Below are positions 23,435 through 36,835 of a stretch of DNA of 64,000 bases, piece by piece. The notes beneath the pieces were generated by a model. The model was given only the letters and a program-made list of their open reading frames with translations, ran no database searches and had not been told where the DNA came from. The DNA is from Podarcis muralis (lineage: Eukaryota), in assembly GCF_964188315.1 (NCBI RefSeq), contig NC_135657.1, forward strand, positions 61,132,001 through 61,196,000. Direction: 5' to 3'. A program made the position numbers and the translations under genes. Position 1 is the stretch's first letter. The number at the start of each line of letters is the position of its first letter.

Positions 23435-26400
23435 TTAACACCCTCCCTGAAAACAACCATCTTCTATCCTTCTCCACCGTATGTGTAGGATTTCCCCAAA
23501 CACGCATATAGACTGATACCTCATGGGGATGTAGCTCAGTGGAACAGTTCAGGGTTAGCAGATGAGAGACTTCAGGTGTAATCCCAGGTTGCAGACTGCC
23601 ATGACAAAAGGCTGGGAAGACACCCACTCACACCCACACACCTCTGGTAATATACTGCCTCAGTATCCTGTGTCCCCCTCCCAATGCCTGCCCCATCCTG
23701 AAGAAAGCTGAGGTGAGTAAGAAACAGGTAGCCAGGCTCCTTACCTACTATTCCTCATTTAAAAAGTCAGTTCAAACCATCAATATTTCCCTTAAAATGC
23801 ATACATTGTGAGGTGAATTCTGAAAGCCACAAAAAGGAGTGGGGTTGGCCAATCTTCCCTGCGTCCTTGCAAGACTCCTGCACTTTTGCAAGCTGCATGA
23901 CTGAAAGCAAAAGCAGCAAGTGCAGCTTTCCCCATCACCGCCTCAGTCTCTTTGCCCTTATGTGTGGCTGATTTCTACCTGCCCCTTGCATGGAAGCACA
24001 GGTCTGAAATACATGTGCTCCAGCCCCTCTGATTTGAAAGCTGGATAATGTGGGCCTTGGTTTCAGCTTTCTCTTTTGGTCCTTCTGGCTTCCTGAGATT
24101 ACCCATCCACCACAGAGCTGCCCCTTTTTTAAGGCCATATTCTTCCACAACTAGACCAGGGCTTCCAGTAACTGCTGACAAGGACTCCCGCTTTATTTCA
24201 CTTTAACAAAAGGAAACTAACACATTGTACTTCTCAGTTCCCTTTTTTCTTGTGGTTGTTCAAATTGTGCCCCTGCAGACTTCCTGTGGTCACCCTAACA
24301 TTCAAGCTCTTTCTGCCTTAGGGTTGCAAAGGACACCGAAAAGGACTGGGTGGAAGGCATTGCATTAGGCCAATTCTAAATGCCTACTTTATTTTAATTT
24401 TTATCCTGCATTTCAGAAAAATATTGTCTCCCAAAGGACTCACATCAATGGTGTTCTTGTTTTAAAAAAGATGACCGGTTCTCAAATTTTAAAGGTAAAC
24501 AGACAAGACACAGAAGGGGAAGGGGAAGGTAGTGGTGGAGGAAGAGCTTGACAATGCCACAACAGCATGTTGAATTGTGGACAGGTATGACATTCATGTC
24601 CAGCTGTTGGCAGGCTGACGAAGACCTGCTGGATCAGACCAGAAGCACACCTAGGCTACAGCCTATTTTCACAGTGTCAAGCGAGCTGCCTATGGGAAGC
24701 CCCAAAGGAGAACCTGAGAGCATCAGCACTCTCTGTACTTGTGACTCCCAGCAACTGGTATTTGGAGGCATAACTTAGCCACCATGGACAGAGACACTTC
24801 AACCAACCCAACCAGCACCTTTTCTTAGGTGTGGTGGCTGAGGCCAGAGCCTGCTTCTCTTCAGCTGGGCAGCTAGGTGAGCCTGCTTTCTGGTGGAACC
24901 AAGGTCATTGGGATGGAGCCAGGCTAGTCTTTCCTTTGCCTTGATGTTCTTCCTAAGAGGCAGCAGCTGCTGCATCCCAGTGGTCCTTGGTGCCCTGGCT
25001 GAAGCCAAAGTGAGCACCCCTTCAGCTCTGAAGTCCCAGAGCATTTTTTTAAAAAAAATGTTTATTGATTGTTTGTTGGCATTTTACTTATTATTACTTT
25101 TACAATAAAAGATTTGTTTCTTGGTGATGCAGGATATGTAGCCCATAGGACTTTGCTGTAGAAGAGTCAGAACAAATTATTATATATTTGGATATTACAC
25201 AGTGTGATGTAGAAAAGGTTGTGTTTAAACCAGCTATTAGGCATCTAAAAAAAAAATTGTTTTCTTAGAACACAGTCAAATTGTGAGTTGTAGCACACTT
25301 GTGAGCAAAAAAACTCCCTGGTGTTGTTTTTTTAGGAGGAATAAACAGAAACATAAAGCCACAGAATTAAATGCAAAGCCTAATACTTCAAAGCATGCCT
25401 CTGCTAATCCATTTTCTCCACATTTCTACTCGGTCACATCAGGGCTGACCTGTACTTCAGGGGGGCCTTAGCAGGGTGTGACTGCTGCCCCCTGCCTCTT
25501 TGTGGCTGCAGCACCACTGCTCCGCCTCTTCCCCACCCCTGTGCTTACTTCCTAATTGTTTACCTATGCAATAACTTCAGCACAAATGGCAGTTTTCCTG
25601 CCACTTGGACTCCAAGAAATGGCCAAGCTTGTCATTCTCCTCAGAGCCAGGAATTCTGCACAAGGTGGCCATGGCAGCTGGAAAAACTTACTAAGCTTAC
25701 AGGTGGTGGTGGTGGTGGTGGTTGCTTAAAAAAAACCACCTAAGTTTTAAATGCTTTTCTTGCCTCTGTGGCAAATCATGACAGTGGAGCAGGCAATGCC
25801 TGGCTACTTCACCCAGAATGCAAAGCCCATTATCAGAGCCCAGGCAAAGCAGTGAGGTAGAGAGAGAAGGTGAAAGGGGGCCTGGTGATGACCAAGTGAG
25901 GTTAAGATGGTGATGAGTCATGAGGCCTTTGGCCAGTGCCTGACCAGGCCAAACGCTGCCTTCAGGCCTGAGCCATACGTCTGCCTAAAGCCAATGTTTC
26001 CCATAACTTTTGAACTTGCTCCCTCCCCCTTCTAAACTTTGCCTACTTAGTGTGACTGGCAAGCACAAGGAATCCTTGCAGAGAAGTGCATGTTTGCCAC
26101 CCACTGTTATATGTATAAGGACCTGTCAAGTGGGGTACTAATCTAACTCTAGCACTGCAGAAGTACTTGAACTGGAAATCTCAAGGAGGTGGTGAGAAGT
26201 CACTCTGCAGCCAAAAGCTCCCATAAGCCTTTCATATCGCTACACAATTTCCACAGTCAGCACAGGGTGTTTTGATGACTACCATGCTAGGCCTCTTCAA
26301 TGGCAAGGAAATGTCCCCTGGATTCTGTTTCTCTCTGGCATTTCCCCCTACACAAGCATGAGGAATCTATGCCCCTCCAGATGTTGTTGGTCTCTAACCA

Positions 26401-26640
26401 TTGTTATTCTTGGCCTTTGTTCACACTGACTGAAGCTGATGGGAAACTGAGTTCAACAACATCTAGAAGGCTACAAGTTCCGCAGTCCGACCCTATGGGG
26501 TCCTGCCTGGCTGTTTGAGAGCCACTGGCCTAAGCCCATTTCTGTCCACAAGACTATTATTCTATTTTTAAAAATCCCTTTCATTATCTAAATTGTGGTG
26601 ATAGCTGAAATAACAATGGTTTATGTTATGGTTAATAATT

Positions 26641-26745
26641 AATAATAATAATAATAATTTATTATTTATACCCCGCCCATCTGGCTGGGTTTCCCCAGCC
26701 ACTCTGGGCAGCTTCCAACAAAGTTTTAAAAGTATTAAAATACAA
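26641..26745 (-). mobile_element. L2-clade LINE 3' tail, same family
   Basis: Reverse complement of the GCCCAGAGTGGCTGGGGAAACCCAGCCAGATGGGCGGGGTATAAAT terminus, plus (TTA)n. Confidence 0.8.
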
Positions 26746-28129
26746 TTTATTAAATAGGTGCTATGCAAATGCCTTCAATAAACTAAATAAGGCTGCAATT
26801 CTATACACTTCTACCACTGAATACGCTGGCACTTACTTCTGAGTTAATATGCATTGGATTGGGTTGTAAATTAGACAGGGCACATGTGTTTAATATGCGA
26901 GCTGAGAGGCTATCGTCAAGTGTATTTTTGTTTTCCAGATTTTGATTACAAAAATAGCTTCCCACTTTCCTTCTCTTCTTCTGCCAGCCGCTAAAGGAAA
27001 TATTTTAATCATGGCACTAACTCGGGTGGGGGAGAGAGGAGGATCAATGCCAGTTCAATTTTTCACTAACAAGGTAACACTTAAGGCACACATAGTCCAA
27101 TCTGTGGGGTCCTTTGGATTGCGGGTGCTCTGAAATAAAGGGACTTCATTAAAGGAGGTGGAATGAGAAATAAATTACACCTGGGAACTCTTTCTTGCAC
27201 CATGTTTTCCAAATTTCATTTCCATTTAAAGTGCAAACAAATATATATTAATGGAGCCTTCGCTGTAGCCAGCTAGTGCTGTACTGGAGACTCACTAGCC
27301 CCCTGCAATACCATGCCTGTATCAATGTCATGGACAGGTAGGGCTATGATGGGATGAGGAGAGGAAGGAGCCTTGCTGGTGGAAGATTACCAGACTGTTT
27401 TGTTTTTAATGTGTTGGGTGGGGAGAAATGCTGGAGCCCAACAGAAAGCAGCCCAGGGAGAAAGGGAGAAACTCTAAATGGCACAGCTAGGTCAAGAAGG
27501 CCTAGTGATGATGTGTGCAGGAATCACCCGAATGCTGAAGATACACTTTTTTACCCTGGCTTTTGACATTTGAGATGCGTATTTTTAGGAGAAACACCCT
27601 ATTTATTTATTTATTGTAAGTTGTTTTATTTTTTTTAAAAAAAAAATAATAATATTGGTTTTCTATTGTTGTAACCCACCCTGGGACCTTAGGGTGAATG
27701 GCAGGTAATAAATGATGAAAAAATAATAACCTGTGCGACACCCACACAGGGTTGCCAACTGGCTAGGCAAGAAAAACAAATAATAGACAACCCACTAGCA
27801 AGGCCTGTTCCTGTTACACAAGTGATGAAATCAGGGGTGAAGCTTTTCATAACATAATCCTTACAATTAGGTAATCACAAGTGTTTGTTTTTAATGAGAT
27901 AGTAAGAACCAGCCTGGTCCAAAAATTATCGATCCTAAATTCACACAACCCCAGTCACGCAAAGCAACAGAAATGTGTTACTGCCATTGCTGGCCTCATG
28001 TTTCCCTCTTGTTTGGGACTACGTCAGGTGGGTGGAAGGCTGTGCAGTCCTTTTTGAACTTACTTGACAAACCAACTTTGTCAGCAGGGGAATAACAAAA
28101 TAAAAAAATAAAAAACCAGCCTATACTAA

Positions 28130-28146
28130 TGGTGCCACCTAGTGGA
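28130..28146 (-). promoter_or_regulatory. Candidate CTCF binding site
   Basis: Minus strand TCCACTAGGTGGCACCA matches the CTCF core CCAS(C/T)AG(A/G)(G/T)GGC(A/G)(C/G)(C/T)A at every core position. Motif match only. Confidence 0.55.
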
Positions 28147-28578
28147 TCTCAACAGAAGGATGATAAAAGAGTCTGGGGAATGTAGAGGAAAATCAAAGAA
28201 GTTTTGGAATACTGTACATTGATGAGCAGAGACATAAAGCTTAACTGCATGACATATTAAAGTGAATTTAAAAACACTTCCATTCTTGTGATAAATTATG
28301 TTTGATATGTTTTATACGCTTCTTGGATTACAATATATATATCCTTGATCTTTTCATTATATTCAAGCATCACTTTCTAGTTGAGAAACAGATGCCTCGA
28401 CCCAGTTAAACAGAGGGCAGCAAGGGTGGATAGACAGGTGTCAATCAACCACACACACAAAATGAACATTGTTACACACCGCCCAGTTCTCCAAGAACTC
28501 CTGTGCTGCAACATGTTTCTGTTTTCTTGGAATTAGGTCACTGGAAACTTATGGTATTTTTGTGGTACATGGTTTTAT

Positions 28579-28587
28579 ACACACACG

Positions 28588-28624
<37 letters not shown>
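28579..28624. repeat. Compound (AC)n-(GC)n-(AC)n microsatellite
   Basis: Directly visible. Confidence 0.95.
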
Positions 28625-28626
<2 letters not shown>

Positions 28627-28802
28627 AACATAGGAAGAGATGGATGTAATTCTGACAGATGACCCAAAGTCAGCTGCTTCCCCATCTGCTTTTATGAGAG
28701 GTAGCTTTCACACATACACCTGGATGACATCACCTCCAACTAGGAGGAGGGGTTGCAGAGAAAACTACATATCCCTTTTGCTGTATTGGTATCACCTTCT
28801 TG

Positions 28803-28846
<44 letters not shown>

Positions 28847-29044
28847 GCAATAAAACATCAAACTTTAAAAAAATGTCTTCATATGTCTTTTAAAAGTCAG
28901 ATAGTTGTTTATTTCCTTGACATCTGAAGGGAGGGTGTTCCACAGGGTGGGTGCCACTACCAAAAAGGCCCTCTGCCTGGTTCCCTGTAGCTTCACTTCT
29001 CACAGTGAGGGAACCGCCAGAAGGCCCTCGGAGCTGGACCTCAG
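28803..29044 (-). mobile_element. L2-clade LINE 3' fragment with internal deletions
   Basis: Reverse complement of the 15458 element (GAGGTCCAGCTCCGAGGGCCTTCTGGCGGTTCCCTCACTG...). Lacks the terminal segment of about 65 bp and ends in (TTA)n. Confidence 0.75.
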
Positions 29045-31169
29045 CTTAGTTTCTGTGGCAACATATTGCCCCCAACTTACATGACAAAGGAGATACTAAA
29101 CAGACCTGGCCTTAGCTAGCAAAATAAATTGGCTTGACTATTTCCCCAATCTTCCTCTGCTCCAGGCCCCAGTCTTACAGCTATAGGATTGCAGAGTTGG
29201 AGGAGAACCCGTGAGTCATTTACTCCAACATCAATTCCCATTACTATATTACAAACTCCACAAGCACTTCTGTGTACAACTACATGAACATACCTCTCCT
29301 ATCCTGCCACAAAATGTTGCAGTGTAGGGTACTCCTGTTCAGGACAGTCCATTTCATCCCCACCTCTCTCCCAGTTCTCCCCTGAACTCCCCTGTTAACT
29401 TGTGCACATTGAGCATGCTCAGACTTCAGACCTTGAAACATTTTCAAGCCTTCTTCTGTGTGAAAGGTGCAATTTTGTCTACATAAACATCAGCACTCAG
29501 ATATGTGAAATAATATTTGCTTGATTATTTGTTTTTACTATCACTATCATTATTATTTAGATTTCTTATCCACCTTATACCAGAGCTACAACAATATAAA
29601 ACAAAAACAATTAAAATTAGCTTAAACAATTTTAACTGATTAAATATATGGCAGAGCTAGAGGAGAAGAGGCTTTCCACTTGAAGCACATGTTGTTTTGG
29701 TACATGTTTGTACACTTCACTCTCCCAAGCCTATCCTCTCAGCAGATGAAAGGTGCCATTAAATTTCAAAACCACTCAAAAGGCTTCCATGAGAGCAGGA
29801 AAGCCAACTTCAATCACTCCTATCTAATGCAGTGTTGATCTTATCATCTTGGTAGAGCAATTTTATGATGTGGAAGAGATCAGATCACAGCAGCATATCC
29901 TCACCCTACAGTTTCTGGTCTTCAAAGGAAAGGAAAGCTTTGGAGAAATCAATTCCAGTTGCAGTACAGAAATGCCATATTGTTGTGGATTCGGTATTTT
30001 TCCTCTCTAGATTATTATTTTCAAACTCGCCTTAGTACTGTATTCAGAACTGTCTTTTTTTAGTATTTCTCAAAAGAATGGCAATATATTCAGAAAAAAT
30101 ACCTCTTACACTTTCTCTTTCAAATGCTGTATTAAGTTCCATGCCTTGTTTCTACACTTGATATAATCTACTAATTTAATTTACATTGGGAGCATTGTGA
30201 CTTTTGAATAACTTAAGAACACTCCTTGTACCATATAGTTTTTCTGAGGGTGTAGGCCTTGGGGCCTCCCAAGTGTGTTAAAAAGCATTTCAGGGACAAA
30301 CCCTGCAAAAGATTAGAGATTGGACGGTTGTGTCCATATTAAGTTGGGGAAACATAGGAAACTGTGCCATTTTTGTTCATATTTTCTGTATATGAGAATA
30401 TGATTTTTCCATCAGATGAGTTGGGCAGGGGCAGATTGGTTCAATGGGGTAGTTTACATAAATCCATTTGGTTGTGGTACACATTCCAGGACCTATAATC
30501 CCATGTGAGAGTCACTGTAAACATCACAAAACAGATTTAAAAAGCATTCGCTTTACAATTTAAAGAGCTTCTGAGCACTGTTTTATTCTCTATAGAACTT
30601 TGTAGGGTTGTTTGTTTATCTCACCGATACAGCTGTTAGCTTTTCCATTAGCTTTATTTCTATATCTTGGGTAAGTGGTGATTTGAAATCGGTATCTTAA
30701 TGTTGCTGAAGATACTGAAAGGATGAAATATTGCAAATCCTAGAATACAATTGGAGAGGAAGTGTATCTGACTTGGTAATACCTGTGGGCTTTTTCTTCT
30801 GGACTCCTTGCATTGCACTTTGTAATTCAACTACATTTATAGAAGCAGTTGAAGCACAGCAGTTGGTACCTAAGAAAAACCCTTGCTGGAGGAAACAAAA
30901 GACCTATCTAGCCTGGCATCCTGTTCTCAGTGTGGCCAACCAGGTGCCTACAATCAGAGTTCAAGAACACGCTCCAGTCAGGCAAAAACACTTAAGATGA
31001 GAGCAAAGTAAAGCTGGTAAGGCTCAGGAAGGTGGGAAGAGTCCTGATAGCGAGGCCCCTGAGCTTCAGGTTCTCCACCCCTGCTCTAAATGCCTGTCCT
31101 TCTCACCTTTAAAAAGCCACTGTTACAAACCACCTGCAAAAGGTTTCTATATTTCAGCTGCTTTTAGGC

Positions 31170-31306
31170 TAGGGATGGGGAAGCAGGGACCCTTTGAGTG
31201 TTATTATACTCCAACTCCCATCATCCCTGACCACTAGCCATGCTGGGTGGGCCATGTGGGAGTTGGTGCCAACGACATCTGGAGAGCCACAGGTCCCCCA
31301 TCCTTG
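31170..31306. mobile_element. Palindromic hAT-type MITE copy
   Basis: AGGGATGGGGAA ... ACATCTGGAGAGCCACAGGTCCCCCATCCTTG, with the family core CAACTCCCATCATCCCTGACCA. Confidence 0.7.
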
Positions 31307-31869
31307 TTTTACATCATCTGTTGCATACATCCCATTGCATTTCCCCTTCCTTTATTTTCCTAATGTTTTAACGTTTTTATGAGTTTATTGAATTTTGCTG
31401 TATTTTATGAAGTGCTCCAGGCACAAATTTGCAAGGGGCGTGTGTTGGCTTGTGTTTGTTGCTACATTATTGTTACGAGTAGGGCAGCCCTATCAGAAGT
31501 AAATCCTGGCAATTTCTTTTAGATTTACTGCCAAGCATAGGAAAAGAAACAGCTTTGGGAAGATAAACAGTTACTACTGTTCTCTGTAATAATGTCTCCA
31601 GTCTTAAGTCTAGAAGGATTCCATCAGACCAGGGACTGAGCCAAATTCTTTGTGTCAGCCATATATCAAGCCCTACTTCCCACATGCAATCAATTCTGCA
31701 GTAGCCAGCTCCTTCTGACCATATTTCAGGTATCTCATTTGTCTCTGACTATCTTTACGATGACTGCCACCATCTTGGATGGCATTAGACAAATTTATGA
31801 AGGAAAAGGTTATCAGTGGTTACCATTATTAATGGCTATGTATTAACTCCAATGTTAGAGGCATTTTCC

Positions 31870-32017
31870 TCTCTGTATTCTAGTTACTTGAGATAATACG
31901 CAAGAGATTGCTGTTGCACTCATGTCTTCCCATAGACATCTGGTCAGCCACTGTGAAAACAGAATATTGGACTAGATAGACCTTTGGTCTAGTCCAGCAG
32001 GGATCTTATGTTTTTAT
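31870..32017 (+). mobile_element. CR1-type LINE 3' tail
   Basis: CATCTGGTCAGCCACTGTGAAAACAGAATATTGGACTAGATAGACCTTTGGTCT..TCCAGCAGGG..CTTATGTTTTTATG. Related remnants at about 9895-9980 (+), 24620-24790 (-) and 30907-30950 (-). Confidence 0.65.
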
Positions 32018-32071
32018 GATTAGATGACCGTATAAAGTATCCATATCAAGAGTTTCTGCTCTGCACTAAAG

Positions 32072-32205
32072 CAGAGATGGGAACCTCTGGCCATTCAGAT
32101 GATGCTGGGATCCAAGTCTAATCAGCCCCAGCAAGGCCAATGGCTAGGGGTGTTGGGAGTTGTAGTCTATCAAATACCTGGTGAGCCACAGATTGCCCAT
32201 CCCTG
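32072..32205. mobile_element. About 134-bp palindromic hAT-type MITE (best-preserved copy of a family seen at least 8 times)
   Basis: Ends CAGAGATGGGAACC ... ATTGCCCATCCCTG, TSD CACTAAAG / CACTAAAA. Related degenerate copies at about 26353-26489, 31170-31306, 36704-36835, 43647-43785, 52135-52268, 54558-54691 and 58945-59071. Confidence 0.8.
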
Positions 32206-35200
32206 CACTAAAAATGTGCATCACTGATATAGGTGAAACATTTTAGTTTGGTAAGAAAAGATGAGATTGTTGGTGTAGATTGAACTCATATAATTTATCT
32301 GCTGTCTTGCCGAGTTATAATGGCATCATTATCATGCTGCCCTTCCATAGTAAACCATGCTCAAGGCTGCTCACACCATCAAAACATTTTGCATCGTTCA
32401 CTAACAGCTACAAGACATAACAAAATCCAATAGTCATATAAACAACAAACGAATGAAAACCTATTATGTTAATAAATGGAGAATAAAAAAATTGACTGAT
32501 AATTCAGAATACGGTCAAACTAATAATAATAATAATAATAATAATAATAGACCATAAGCTATGTAAACAGCAAAAATAATGCATTTCCAGTACTAAATAT
32601 TGACCACAGCAAATACCCCTAAACAATTCTCCACCCTGATGGTCTCCAGGCATCCTGAACAGCAGAAGCAACCTTTGTTGGTGGTGGCAGTCAAGGAGGC
32701 CCCGCCCTCTCAGGCCAGTTGGACATGGGCCAAATAAGGAGAGATCAGGTCTTGCAGGACTCACAGTGAGATGAGTTTTTCCCCCCTTTTCAAAAAGTTT
32801 TCTAGGTGAATATATAGAATTGATTGCATATGGATCTGCTGGCAATTACCCACAGACATCCTGCGGATGCCAAGTCGCTGCAAATGCACTCACCCAAATT
32901 AGATATCCCTCATCCTAACAGACTGCTCCAGTATTGCATGCATACCAGTCTTCCCTCCACTGGGCTTAGCTGGTTATTGCTTATCCAGTAAAAAGATTCA
33001 ATTTATGGCATTTTATATTCAGAAGGCTGCGCATTGTAAAGAAGCCAAATTAAATTGTCAAGTCAGCTGAAAAGCAATATATTCCTTAAGCCGAGTTCCC
33101 AAATGGCTTTTAACGTTAAGTGTAGTCAAGTAGGGTCACTGAACGCCTGCTTTATTACACTGCTTGCCATTAGATCTTCATTTGCCCAACCAGCCTCTTG
33201 AAGCTGATGTTTAAAAGATTCGCAGATCAGCTCTCCTAGTAGAAACCAGCCATGGCAATACCTTTAAAAGTGGCCCCTAATATTATTTAACTTGTGAGAA
33301 TTGGGTTAAGTTCTCAAGTCCCTACTCTCCAGAAACTCACTATCAGATGCAATAAGGAGGGAAAGCAAAAACACACATGCAAACCAACCAATGGATTGTC
33401 AGTATCTTCTGTATCGGACTGATACACTTTATGAGTCTACTGACATTACCCTGGCACAAACCCGTCTTTTACATCAACTGCAGCCATTGCCACAATAACT
33501 GGTGTAATAGTGTTGCACAAAGCTTTTGCTTAGTACATATCTGGGTGAGAATGGTGGTGTAGGAAGATCAGTGCCATGGGCACATACCTTGGTAGTACAG
33601 AATATGAAGGAAACTGAGGTAGGAATCCCAAATAGGGTGTGTCCTAGAATTACTTCTGGGGCAGGAACCCCAGAACCCACACTACCAGTATCTACCTCTC
33701 TGGAAGTAGTAGCTCTTCCTTCTTCTCTGACTATGAGGATAATTTCTCCTTGGAACTCTCCACAGTCAGTAACCCACTACTACTGCCCAACAACCAAGCA
33801 GGAAAATCCCCAGTGCTTGACAAATGGGGACATGGAGCCTTTAAGTTCCAACACCTTTCTTCAGAGACAGCAAAGCAAGAGGCAGCTCTTTGTCTGCAAG
33901 CCCACAGAACCTCCCTGTTCTGTTCACCTTAGACTGTTTCCTCACCTTGCTCCTGGATCATGTTTGGACTTAGGCTGATTCCCTGGGCTTGATCTTGGTT
34001 TGTTTGGACTGTGCTGCACCTGCAACCCTGCCCTTCTTGGCAAGTACTTTGGCTTCTGCCTTTGGTGACTGGGCTAAAGGGTAGCTGCCCAATCAGCAAT
34101 CCCACATCATTGCCACTGATGATGGCCCAGCCTCGTCCACTCACCCCTTCTTCAGAATCTGTACCTAAAAAGTGCTGGCAACTGTGCAGTGCTCAAGTCT
34201 AATCCTGAGGTACAGGCTTGGAGCAATCCCATGAACCCCATCTGTGTCCAGTTGGCAGAGCCTCGGGTTTCAACTACTGCACCAGCTTCAGTTTTGAATG
34301 AAGATCTTTTAAAATAAGTAGAGTTAACTTTTGCTGCTGGGGTGCTTAAGGCAGTGGTTTGGAGTGCTGCATGTCAGGCTTAGAACCAGCAATACCAACA
34401 CAACCTTGCAAGCATGAAGTCAGCTCTTCCATTCAAGTGAATGGGAAAGCCCAGAAGCACTGAATAGATGTGTTTGTAGGAAAGTAGTGATGACCACTTG
34501 TGTAGATGGCTTTAATAGGGATTATACAGATTAATGGAAGATGGGTGAATGAATGGCTGGTATCCATGATAGCTGTGATGGAGCTTCTGTTCTCTAAGAC
34601 AATATACCTCAGTGTGCTTGATGCTGAAAAATCAAGAAGAGATGGCCATCACCTTGAGGCCACTGGCTGAAAGCCTACCCAAGTAAGTACAATGGGAATA
34701 ATTGGTCCTTACTCCCAGATAGGTGGGGATAGAATTGCAGACTTGTTTGTGATCGTCTAAGTGTCTTTATGACTGCTGTCAGAAGCTTAACTCTGGACTC
34801 TGCCACTTTGGTCTCATCCACCAAGGCCATTCTTAAGCCCTTATGTGATGGGTTGCTAATGCAGCACTGTGCCCGCTGAGCTCTTTCATAGCACCTGACG
34901 TGTCCCTTCCCACTAATCGCTGCTGAAATTAAATGAAAAAAGCCTTGTATTATACTCTCTAGCAGGATTTTATCAAGTCTGTTGGCTGGCAGTGAGAATG
35001 AGTGTGCAGACATGTGCTTGTGGCATGTATGGTTGCCATGCATTATATGTGCGTCTGGTTGTAGTGTGTGCCTGCATGGCTGTGTTTTTGTGATATTGCA
35101 TGGTGATCAAGACAATTTCTCCAGTTTGTATATGTGCCCACAGACCCTCAAAAAGGTGTCAACCTCATGTTATTATCGAACCCTCAATTTTATGACTGCA

Positions 35201-36703
35201 GTCCAGAATATGCATCCAGTACAAGGCAATGTGCACATTTTCCCAATTTTGTTATGTGCACAAGTTTATGAACAGATGCCTCTTTGGTATCGGTTGTTCA
35301 TGAAGAAAGAACCATGTCAATGTATTGCACCATTTTCCCCTTCCTGATAACAGCTTTGCATTCAGACTTGTGAAGCAATTGATCCGTGCAGAGAACATTC
35401 TTTTATCATGAAGATTATGATGCTTATCTTCCTTGTGATAAATTGCATTGACACACTTGCTTTCTTATGGTCGTGGCTTTATTTCCACAGGGAGCTTATT
35501 AGGTATTGTAATTTTTGCATGAGAGACTAAAAGGAGCTAGATAATGAACAGCCACAGTATTTAGAGGTGATTATTTTATAATAGGTTTCAAATCTTGTGA
35601 AATATATATATTATTTTTCTATTTGTATAGCTGAATGCACAAATGATTGCATAAAAGATACATTAGAACTATGCTGTGGCGTCATTTTGGTGGTTTCAGC
35701 TCAAGCCATTGATTAATATCATTGCTATTCTGTATTTAATATATTATGTTGTAAGTATTTTTTTAATGGACATTACTCGATTTCACTTTCAAATTTCATA
35801 TTCAAATCTCAGACCTAAAACCATATTAATTAAATTGTAAGTGCTGCAATATCTAAGACTCAGCTTTTTCATTTCTTTTAATTAATTCACTAGACAGGTG
35901 CTCTGGGGGGGTTTTCACCCCTGGAAAAAAATCTCTACTTGATTGGAGTTGCAGGGTGAGGCAGTTGCACAATTCATTTACAACACTGCTTGTTGTCATA
36001 TTCCACAGGAGGAGGAGGACCTCCTTTGCAAACTTTTGTGTGGGTCTGGTGCCTTTTATCAGTAAGCATTGAATCTCTGCCCTTGACCTTTGTCCAATCC
36101 TGATTTGGCCCTTTCTACATGATATGTGAGAGGAGGATAGAGATGCTTTGTAGTATTATGACATAATCACCTAGTTCCATTTCAAATTATACCATCACAA
36201 TAGACAGACATATCATCTAAATGTAAGAGACAGAAGGAGGTAGCCTTGCAGTGAAGAACAGCAAAGCTGCACCCTCCTTTTCCCCAAAGTGTACTGCCAT
36301 TTATTTATTTTTTATTCCACCAGACATTCCTTCAAAGATGGTATCTCATATTCAATACAGGACTGTCATTGATTGGAGCAGGTGTTTCTGATTTCAGCAC
36401 ACATGTATCAAGTAATGTGAGTTAAAATTATCAGGTAAAAAGCTAAACCCTTAAAACATTTTATATCACTGTGTTGTTGTTGTTTTAAACCTGAACCAAG
36501 TTTAATCCATTTTGTAAGTTATCTTCTGAATATGGAACAGCACAAGAATCGGAGCTGGCCTGCCCATGGGGTGGGGTGAAGCTCCCACTTCAGGTGGCAA
36601 AAGTGCAAGAGGTGGCACCCCTTCTGCCCCACTGCTGCCGCCGCCACCAAAATGCCCTCCTCTCACTGCCAAGAGGGAGGCGTTCTGGCACGCTGGCTTG
36701 ACT

Positions 36704-36835
36704 CAAGGATGAGGAACCTGTCCAGATGTTGTTGCCCTCCAGCTCCCATCATCCCTGACCTTTGGCCATGCTGGCTGGAGCTGATGGGAGCTGGAATTCA
36801 ACAAGATTTGGAGGACCAGAAGTTCCCCATCCCTG
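36704..36835. mobile_element. Palindromic hAT-type MITE copy
   Basis: CAAGGATGAGGAACCTG ... AGTTCCCCATCCCTG, with the family core. Confidence 0.75.

Noticed and set aside
23525-23595. tRNA-like sequence GGGATGTAGCTCAGTGG..., plus the tRNA-like heads at 311-451, 6478 and 17730
   Set aside because: Cloverleaf stems are broken and most continue into LINE-derived tails; these are SINE heads, not tRNA genes.
33526-33978. 150-aa intergenic ORF, and the open stretch of about 135 codons at 18990-19395 and the 144-aa ORF at 20978-21412
   Set aside because: No motifs, no convincing splice signals, and lengths within chance for 64 kb read in six frames.
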